A stretch of DNA of 64,000 bases, from NCBI GenBank assembly GCA_934149275.1, contig CAKPEG010000004.1:1806-65805 (forward strand). The letters are read 5' to 3'. The DNA comes from an uncultured Clostridia bacterium (GTDB lineage: Bacteria > Bacillota > Clostridia > TANB77 > CAG-508). Shown here piece by piece: positions 57,666-64,000 of this stretch (positions are counted from its first letter, which is position 1; every line of letters begins with the position of its first letter). The position numbers and the translations under genes were made by a program. The notes under the pieces were generated by a model. That model was given only the letters and a program-made list of their open reading frames with translations. It was not told the DNA's origin and ran no database searches.

Positions 57666-58595
57666 TTATTTAAAAGTAGAAGTAGGATTTCCAGAAGATG
57701 GATTACTTAAACTAAAGATATTAGATAAGTTTTCTACTTGATAAATTTCTTTATACAAACTATAAAAATCAATTAATTTGTTATTAGCTAAAATACGACG
57801 TGTATCTTTATAAGTTTCTTCATTTGTTTTTACATTTCTATATTTAACCTTTGGTTTAACTTCATCAAGAAGAACATGATCATTAGGCATAACTAAATTA
57901 TTTGAAAAAGTAACTGGAATTATAGAATTAACATCTTCTATAGGTGGTAATTCAGGATTTCTTTTTGCATAATCTTTAAAGCGTCTACCAAGTTCAACAT
58001 AATATTCACTACGAGAATCAGATAAGTGAATATACCAACTATTTGCGAAATCATTAATTTCAATTTCCTGAGAATAGTTTAAAGTTTTATTATGAACTAT
58101 TAAAACGGGATAAGTATCATTAAAGAAGTATTCCCCGTATTTTTCTTTATATTTTTCTCTATCAGCGTCTGAAAGATCCCAATAAACAAATAAAATTTTT
58201 GGAGTCTGAGCCAAAATTTTAACAACCGTTTCATTATAACGATAAGGTAAATCATAATATTCTAAAACACTAGCAAAATCCTTTTTTTCTTCTTTTTTAG
58301 TCTTTTTAGAAATACTTTTCTTACGAGCCGTTGCTAAAGATGGAACTTTAACAATTTTTGTTTTTCTAGTCTTTGACTTAGTAGATGTACTTTTTTTAGA
58401 AGATACTGATTTTGACTTTTTTATAGAACTTTCTTTAGTATCTTTCAAAACTGCCTTATCAGATTTAGAAGTTGACTTAGACTGCTTAGAAACTTTTTTA
58501 ACTGGAGTCTTAGATGTTTTAGATTTACTTGCTGTTACTTTTTTTACTTTGTCTTTTATATCATCTTTTTTAGATTCTTTGTCGATTCTAGGCAT
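57666..58595 (-). CDS. DUF4912 domain protein with K/S-rich disordered N-terminus
   Basis: YDLPYRYNETVVKILAQTPKILFVYWDLS is the DUF4912 signature. The first ~110 aa are Lys/Ser/Thr low-complexity. Confidence 0.75.
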   Translation of the reverse strand: MPRIDKESKKDDIKDKVKKVTASKSKTSKTPVKKVSKQSKSTSKSDKAVLKDTKESSIKKSKSVSSKKSTSTKSKTRKTKIVKVPSLATARKKSISKKTKKEEKKDFASVLEYYDLPYRYNETVVKILAQTPKILFVYWDLSDADREKYKEKYGEYFFNDTYPVLIVHNKTLNYSQEIEINDFANSWYIHLSDSRSEYYVELGRRFKDYAKRNPELPPIEDVNSIIPVTFSNNLVMPNDHVLLDEVKPKVKYRNVKTNEETYKDTRRILANNKLIDFYSLYKEIYQVENLSNIFSLSNPSSGNPTSTFK

Positions 58596-58806
58596 GCATT
58601 TTTTCCTCCTTTGTAAAATTAATAATACTTATACAATAATATATATAATTTTAAAAAAATACAAGACTAAAATCAAAAAAATGTCGATAAAATAATTTTT
58701 TTGCAATTTCCTATTTACTTTTATTTTTTTATTATATAAAATAATCACTAGAGAAATTATTTACTAAAGAAAAATAATAAAAAAACGAAAGGGGCTATTG
58801 AAAAAA

Positions 58807-60099
58807 ATGAAAATTTTAATGTTGTCATGGGAGTATCCACCAAGAATTGTAGGAGGAATATCAAGAGTCGTACATGATTTATCTCAAAGACTAATCAAAG
58901 ATGGACACGAAGTAACAGTTGTTACATATAAGGACGGAGATGTACCATACTTTGAGGATGATAATGGAGTAAAAGTTTATAGAGTTGACAATTATATGAT
59001 TAGCCCTAATAACTTTATAGACTGGATAATGCAAATGAATTTCAATTTAGTTGCAAAAGCAAGTGAAATCATAAATAAAGAAGGAAAATTTGATGTAATT
59101 CATGCACATGATTGGTTAGTTGCATATGCAGCAAAATCATTAAAAAATTCATACGATATTCCAATAGTTGCAACAATACATGCAACAGAAGCTGGAAGGA
59201 ATAGCGGAATTCATGATGAGACTCAAAGATATATAAATGATACTGAATGGATGTTAACATATGAAGCAACAGAAGTAATAGTAAATAGTAATTATATGAA
59301 AAGTGAACTTCAAAGACTTTTCGGATTACCATATGAAAAAATAAATGTTGTTCCAAACGGAATAACACAAACTAATTTTGCAGGATATGAAAGAGATTAT
59401 GAATTTAGAAGACAATTTGCAGCAGATAACGAAAAAATAATCTTATTCTCAGGAAGATTAGTATATGAAAAGGGAATTCAAAATTTAATAGCAGCAATGC
59501 CAAAAATATTACAAGGATATAATGATGCAAAACTAGTAATAGCAGGACGAGGAGGAATGTTAGACGAGTTACGTGCACAAGTTGATTACCTAGGAATATC
59601 TAATAAAGTATATTTCACAGGATACTTAGATCATAAGACATTATGCAAAATGTATAAATGCGCTGATGTATCAGTATTTCCAAGTACATATGAACCATTT
59701 GGAATTGTTGCACTAGAAGCAATGCTTGCAGGTATTCCAGTAGTTGTATCAGATGTTGGAGGACTAAACGAAATTGTAGATCACGGAGTAAACGGAATGA
59801 AGAGCTATGCTGGAAATCCAAACTCATTAGCAGACTCAATTCTTTCATTATTATATAATCCACAATTATGTGCCAATGTTGTAAAACAAGCAAAACTAGA
59901 TGTTAAAAATAAATATAATTGGACAAAGATAGCACAAGACACACACTTTACATATCAAAAAGCAATTTGCCAAACAATGGCAGAAAAACAAGCTCGTCAA
60001 ATTGCACAAGAAGAAGCACAAAAAACAAAGAAAGCAAAAAATTCAGAAAAAGAAATTACAAACTTACTTGGATTCAAGAAAAGACAAGCTTATGCATAG
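58807..60099 (+). CDS. GT4-family glycosyltransferase (glycogen-synthase-like)
   Basis: MKILMLSWEYPPRIVGGISRVV, HAHDW, and the EPFGIVALEAMLAGIPVV (E-x7-E region). Confidence 0.85.
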   Translation: MKILMLSWEYPPRIVGGISRVVHDLSQRLIKDGHEVTVVTYKDGDVPYFEDDNGVKVYRVDNYMISPNNFIDWIMQMNFNLVAKASEIINKEGKFDVIHAHDWLVAYAAKSLKNSYDIPIVATIHATEAGRNSGIHDETQRYINDTEWMLTYEATEVIVNSNYMKSELQRLFGLPYEKINVVPNGITQTNFAGYERDYEFRRQFAADNEKIILFSGRLVYEKGIQNLIAAMPKILQGYNDAKLVIAGRGGMLDELRAQVDYLGISNKVYFTGYLDHKTLCKMYKCADVSVFPSTYEPFGIVALEAMLAGIPVVVSDVGGLNEIVDHGVNGMKSYAGNPNSLADSILSLLYNPQLCANVVKQAKLDVKNKYNWTKIAQDTHFTYQKAICQTMAEKQARQIAQEEAQKTKKAKNSEKEITNLLGFKKRQAYA

Positions 60100-60116
60100 A
60101 ATGAAAAAGTTTTACA

Positions 60117-60143
60117 AAAGAGAGCATATCAAGCTCTCTTTTT
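60117..60143 (+). terminator. intrinsic terminator
   Basis: Stem AAAGAGAGC / GCTCTCTTT followed by TT. Confidence 0.7.
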
Positions 60144-60145
60144 GC

Positions 60146-60180
60146 ATAATAGAGAAGTTCTTAGAACATCCTATTATATA
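60146..60180 (+). repeat. partial Family-B repeat (hairpin-1 module only, degenerate)
   Basis: ATAATAGAGAAGTTCTTAGAACATCCTATTATATA matches the first hairpin of B1/B2 and again directly follows a terminator. Confidence 0.6.
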
Positions 60181-60207
60181 AATACATTAAGAAAGGAAGA
60201 TTTTTAA

Positions 60208-60543
60208 ATGAACGTATACGATGAAGTTAACAATTTAGCTAGAGCATTAAAAGAATGTAGAGAATTTACAGAATACAAAGAAGCAAAAGATAAAGTAAAA
60301 TCAGTAGAAGGATTAAGAACAAAAATAGATGAATTTGAGAAAATAAGATATGAAGAACAACTATTAGCTTTGCAAGGTGAAAAACAATCAGAAGAAAAAA
60401 TGAAGAAATTGCAAGAATTATATCAAATTTTAGTACAAAATCCTGATGTTAAAGATTATTTTGATAAAGAAGTAAGATTTAATGTTATGATGGCAGATGT
60501 AAACAAAATTATAGGGGATGCAATTAAAGATGTTTTGCAGTAG
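60208..60543 (+). CDS. YlbF/YmcA (UPF0342) family regulatory protein
   Basis: The pattern MNVYDEVNNLARALKECREFTEYKEAKDKV and the 111-aa helical build. Confidence 0.75.
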   Translation: MNVYDEVNNLARALKECREFTEYKEAKDKVKSVEGLRTKIDEFEKIRYEEQLLALQGEKQSEEKMKKLQELYQILVQNPDVKDYFDKEVRFNVMMADVNKIIGDAIKDVLQ

Positions 60544-60611
60544 AAAATTCGCTTAAAGTATTGACATGTAAACATTTTCCAAATATAATACAAAGAGATT
60601 AAGCAGAAGGA

Positions 60612-61268
60612 ATGGTAAAAAACGTAATGCAAAATTTATATTTTCAAAAAGAAGAATATAATAATTTAGACGATAATGAAGTAATTACTAAAATAAAACA
60701 AGGCGATAAAAAAGCCTTGAATTATTTGTTAGACAAGTATACAGATGTAGTTAGCATGAAAGCAGGTAAATATTTCATTGTTGGAGCTGAGAAAGAGGAT
60801 ATTATCCAAGAGGGATTAATAGGCCTTTTTAAAGCGATTAAAAGTTTTAATCCTGAAAAACAAAGCTCTTTTAAAACTTTTGCTAATCTATGTATTGAAA
60901 GACAGTTACAAACAGCAATAAAATCTTCTATGAGACAAAAACACATGCCACTAAATTCTTATCTATCATTAAATATATCAGCATATGATGAAAATGAAGA
61001 TACAAGTTTATTAGAAGTCTTTGAAACAGAAAACGCAGCTGAGGATCCGCTAGATATAGTTACAAAAAAAGAATATTATAACTTTGTTGAAGACAGAATA
61101 GAAGAGACATTAAGTGACTTTGAAAAACAAGTGTTGCATAGATATACAAACGGAGAAAGCTACACACAAATTGCAGAAAGACTAAATGCACCAGTAAAAT
61201 CAGTAGACAATGCAATTCAAAGAATTAGAAAGAAAACAGTAAAAAATATATTGAACTATGAAGAATAG
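60612..61268 (+). CDS. sigH: RNA polymerase sporulation sigma factor SigH
   Basis: EDIIQEGLIGLFKAIKSFNPEKQSSFKTFANLCIERQLQTAIK and a C-terminal HTH YTQIAERLNAPVKSVDNAIQRIRKK. Confidence 0.9.
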   Translation: MVKNVMQNLYFQKEEYNNLDDNEVITKIKQGDKKALNYLLDKYTDVVSMKAGKYFIVGAEKEDIIQEGLIGLFKAIKSFNPEKQSSFKTFANLCIERQLQTAIKSSMRQKHMPLNSYLSLNISAYDENEDTSLLEVFETENAAEDPLDIVTKKEYYNFVEDRIEETLSDFEKQVLHRYTNGESYTQIAERLNAPVKSVDNAIQRIRKKTVKNILNYEE

Positions 61269-61279
61269 TTCAAAACTAT

Positions 61280-61355
61280 GCTTTCATAGCTCAGTAGGTA
61301 GAGCACATCCATGGTAAGGATGGGGTCGCCAGTTCGATTCTGGCTGAAAGCTCCA
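61280..61355 (+). tRNA. tRNA-Thr (anticodon GGT)
   Basis: Acceptor GCTTTCA/TGAAAGC, D-arm GCTC..GAGC, anticodon stem CATCC/GGATG with loop ATGGTAA, T-arm GCCAG TTCGATT CTGGC, encoded CCA. Confidence 0.9.
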
Positions 61356-61365
61356 AAATATAAAG

Positions 61366-61404
61366 CTCTGTAACTCACTAATTATAAGGAATTACAGAGT
61401 TTTT
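61366..61404 (+). terminator. intrinsic terminator after tRNA-Thr
   Basis: Stem CTCTGTAA / TTACAGAG followed by TTTTT. Confidence 0.6.
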
Positions 61405-61453
61405 AGTTTGAGAGTTAATGCAATTTTAATGTAATAAAATTCTGCAACATAAA

Positions 61454-61476
61454 AGCAGGTGTCAATGACACCTGCT
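61454..61476 (-). terminator. terminator hairpin for the minus-strand gene at 61493
   Basis: AGCAGGTGTC / GACACCTGCT, with an A-run on the plus strand (a T-run on the minus strand). Confidence 0.65.
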
Positions 61477-61492
61477 TTGCTTCAGCTTCATA

Positions 61493-62149
61493 CTAATCAA
61501 TAACTTCTTCATAAACCCATTTGCCATCTTCTTGATGAAATAATAATTCAGTAGATTTACTGTTTCTATCTATCTTAAAATGATTATCAGTACTGTATTT
61601 ATCCACACTAGAAAAACGTAGTATATCTTTATAAAATAATGCTTTTTTGTATATTGTTACAACATAATAAGTTTTGTCTTTATAGATTTTTACATTTCCA
61701 TATGTAGAATCAGAACCAGGTGTTAAATCATTTATATTTACTGCATGAAAAACATAATCACCAGTATTATATAAATCTTCATTGCAATTTTCTTTTAATT
61801 TTGACTTATCTACATCTTCAAGCCAATAATGTTTGTATGAATTATAATTATCATTATTTATATAAAAATAATTTCTGTTTGTACGATCTGGTGTTTCCAT
61901 TCCCCATTCATATGCATAGTCAATATATGTCCAATCTTCAGGAATAAAATTATTTTTTGTAAGTTCAGACAAGATGCTAAGATAAGTGTCATCAACCTTT
62001 TGACTTTCCTGAATAGCATTACCGGCAGTGGAAAAGATTTTATCAAAAAACTTATAAAAAACAGTTCCAAATAAGATACCAAAAACTATTAAAACTATAA
62101 GTATGAAAATACATATTCCAATTATAACTTTTTTAACTTTACGTTTCAT
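61493..62149 (-). CDS. hypothetical membrane-anchored protein
   Basis: 218 aa from MKRKVKK, after a GGGGAG RBS. One N-terminal TM, then a Y/N/D-rich extracytoplasmic body. I recognise no family. Confidence 0.55.
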   Translation of the reverse strand: MKRKVKKVIIGICIFILIVLIVFGILFGTVFYKFFDKIFSTAGNAIQESQKVDDTYLSILSELTKNNFIPEDWTYIDYAYEWGMETPDRTNRNYFYINNDNYNSYKHYWLEDVDKSKLKENCNEDLYNTGDYVFHAVNINDLTPGSDSTYGNVKIYKDKTYYVVTIYKKALFYKDILRFSSVDKYSTDNHFKIDRNSKSTELLFHQEDGKWVYEEVID

Positions 62150-62355
62150 AAATAACTCCCCCATAAAAATCTTTATGAAAAAATTATAGCATAAGCAAAT
62201 TATAAAGGGAAGGTTTAAAAAAAATATAAAAACTTTAAGACGAAAATAAAGGCTTTATCTCTTGAAATACTTGTAATTGCAAGAAAAACATGGTATATTA
62301 TTATAAATTTTTTATGTATCCTAGTGTAATAATTTAAATGGGAGGTAAGTATATT

Positions 62356-62844
62356 ATGGAGAGAAAAGAAAAGATAGCCAGAATACGGGAAAGTATGCTA
62401 AAAAATCAATATCCGCTGGAATTTAACCAGTATCGTTGTCATAGAGAAAACTGCTATGCATATATACTTGGATCAGATTTTGAAGATGATATGTCGGATG
62501 GAGATTATATATACAACCTTGGCTGCATGTCACAAGTGAATTATCCACCTAAAACAATTCCAGAAGCAGAAGAAGCTTTTTATAGTGATATGGAAGTATT
62601 AGGAGTTGATTGTAGAAGATGCGAATTGGATGCTAAAGTAGCACCAGGAGAATGGAAAGTTGTTTTGTTTTATGAAGGATTTTTTTCAGATTCGTACGAT
62701 TTTCATTTTGTTAAAGAAGACAAAGGAGGCGGTTGGTCTCATAAACAAGGAGTACACGGAGGCGTATGGCGGTTTGGCAGAGATCCGAGAAGCATGACCG
62801 ATTTGGATTTTGTAGATTGCTACATTCTCAAAATGATAAAATAA
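62356..62844 (+). CDS. hypothetical protein (orphan, G+C-richer), possible Cys/His papain-like fold
   Basis: 162 aa from MERKEK, after a GGGAGG RBS. A candidate nucleophile ENCYAYILG and a later YDFHFVKEDKGGGWSHKQG block occur in the C...H order seen in CHAP/NlpC-like enzymes. This is speculative. Confidence 0.5.
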   Translation: MERKEKIARIRESMLKNQYPLEFNQYRCHRENCYAYILGSDFEDDMSDGDYIYNLGCMSQVNYPPKTIPEAEEAFYSDMEVLGVDCRRCELDAKVAPGEWKVVLFYEGFFSDSYDFHFVKEDKGGGWSHKQGVHGGVWRFGRDPRSMTDLDFVDCYILKMIK

Positions 62845-62846
62845 CA

Positions 62847-62878
62847 AAGCGCGGGGGTAACCCGCGTTTACTTTTTTA
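62847..62878 (+). terminator. GC-rich intrinsic terminator
   Basis: Stem AAGCGCGGG / CCCGCGTTT followed by a T-run. Confidence 0.8.
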
Positions 62879-63017
62879 AAGTATATTATTTTAGACTTGT
62901 AAAAAAATGAATTTTATGATAGATTATATGCGTTAAAACATACCTGTTTAATAATGTGAATAGGCAGCAGGAATGCTGCTTATTTTAACGAAAAAACTCA
63001 TGAGTGGGGGAATATTA

Positions 63018-63593
63018 ATGAGAATAGGGATAGATTTAGATGGGGTTGTATTAGATACAGAAAAACAATTTAGAAATGATGCAGAACTATATGATATATT
63101 GGTTTTAAATAAAAATTCTATGAAAGATCCAACAGAATTAAGAGTTCAAGAAAGATATGATTGGAATGAGCAAGAAGTAGAAACGTTTGTAAAAACTTAC
63201 TTTTTGGAAGCAACTAAGAAAAGCCACATTATGCCAGGTGCTAAAGAGGTAATAGAGTTATTAAAAAAAGACGGACATGAACTAATAGTAATAACAGCCA
63301 GAGGAATGGATACACCATTAATGAGAAAATTAGGAGAAAAAATGCTAGATGAAGCTGGAATCAAATTTGACAAATACTATTGGGGTAAAAAAGAAAAAGT
63401 TGAAATTGCCAAAAAAGAAAATATAGACATCATGATAGAAGATTCATTAAGAAACTGCATGAAATTTTCAGAAGCAGGAATAAAGTCAATATATTTAAAA
63501 GACAGCAATCTAAAATCAGCAAATGATTCAAATATAAAGGAATGCTATATTTGGGCAGAAATCTATAGATATATAAGAAGTTTAAGTATGTAA
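63018..63593 (+). CDS. HAD-superfamily 5'(3')-nucleotidase-like protein
   Basis: The MRIGIDLDGVV (DxDxV) motif, then ITAR and a K...EDS region. Start placed at MRIG after a GGGGGA RBS. Confidence 0.65.
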   Translation: MRIGIDLDGVVLDTEKQFRNDAELYDILVLNKNSMKDPTELRVQERYDWNEQEVETFVKTYFLEATKKSHIMPGAKEVIELLKKDGHELIVITARGMDTPLMRKLGEKMLDEAGIKFDKYYWGKKEKVEIAKKENIDIMIEDSLRNCMKFSEAGIKSIYLKDSNLKSANDSNIKECYIWAEIYRYIRSLSM

Positions 63594-63596
63594 AAA

Positions 63597-63880
63597 TAAA
63601 AAATAAATAGAAAATTAAGCTGAAAATTAAAAAATAAATAAATAGAAAATTCAAAAAAGAAACGAGTATTACAAGGCAAACGAACGAAAAAAACGGAGGC
63701 GTACATAAGTACGTTGAGGATTTTTGATGTGAAGTTTGCCAAGTAAAGAGTAAATTAAGCTGAAAAAGATTGAGGCAAATACAAGGCAAAATAAAATTAA
63801 AATACCGGAGTGTACGTTGGTACATGAGAATTTTTAATTTTATTTTAACACAGTAGTTGGCCAATATTTTTTAGCGATGT
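63597..63880 (+). repeat. tandemly duplicated structured leader-like repeat upstream of ychF
   Basis: AAATTAAGCTGAAAA occurs at 63612 and 63752, and TACAAGGCAAA at ~63669 and ~63780. Hairpins GCGTAC-ATAA-GTACGT (63699-63714) and GTGTAC-GTTG-GTACAT (63810-63825) differ by a compensatory pair. Confidence 0.7.
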
Positions 63881-63893
63881 ATAGGAGGAAAAG

Positions 63894-64000
63894 ATGAAAA
63901 TAGGAATAGTCGGCCTACCCAACGTAGGCAAAAGCACAATGTTCAACAGCATAACAAACGCAGGAGCAGAATGTGCAAACTACCCATTTTGCACAATAGA
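63894..64000 (+). CDS. ychF: redox-regulated ATPase YchF (N-terminal fragment, runs off window)
   Basis: [35 protein letters not shown], after an AGGAGGA RBS. Confidence 0.9.
   Translation, partial: MKIGIVGLPNVGKSTMFNSITNAGAECANYPFCTI

Overview
This is a very AT-rich chromosomal segment from an endospore-forming Firmicute of the Clostridia type. Sporulation genes present are spoVS, gpr, sigH, dpaA, ytfJ/gerW and possibly ytxC. Most of the window is ordinary housekeeping: MazG-like protein, acyl-CoA ligase, rluD-like, pta, rqcH, uppP, folD, dprA, ymdB, recA/recX, scpA, mgtC, pepV, mntP behind a Mn2+ riboswitch, glgP, pyk, dgkA, a two-component system, yebC, an iron-type ADH, a GH57/DUF4912/GT4 alpha-glucan cluster, tRNA-Asn, tRNA-Thr and ychF.

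Six things stand out.
1) At least three related families of small palindromic MITE-like repeats sit in intergenic regions, almost always directly after intrinsic terminators. Family A has 5 copies. One copy has its asymmetric core flipped while its outer flanks keep their orientation, and another shows a compensatory substitution in the central hairpin. Family B has 2.5 copies and carries an outward-facing extended -10 box. One B copy is wedged between the Mn2+ riboswitch and mntP.
2) A full-length NrdD-like protein keeps its ATP-cone but lacks the thiyl-radical Cys (MGC is replaced by MGN) and the whole C-terminal Zn/glycyl-radical domain. No nrdG is adjacent.
3) pta is followed by three tandem acetate-kinase paralogs, each with its own terminator.
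4) A MazF/PemK-fold toxin domain with intact catalytic residues is fused to a ~260 aa helical C-terminal region. It has no protein antitoxin gene and is preceded by G+C-rich tandem structured repeats.
5) Five single-gene islets are richer in G+C and each carries its own GC-rich terminator. They look like horizontally acquired cassettes of unknown function.
6) An SPFH-SHOCT protein is paired with a double zinc-ribbon membrane protein, and an LPXTG surface protein contains 15 perfect 15-bp (PDDSK) repeats.

No CRISPR array, transposase, integrase or prophage genes were seen. All functional calls come from reading the supplied translations and recalling family motifs. No database search was run.
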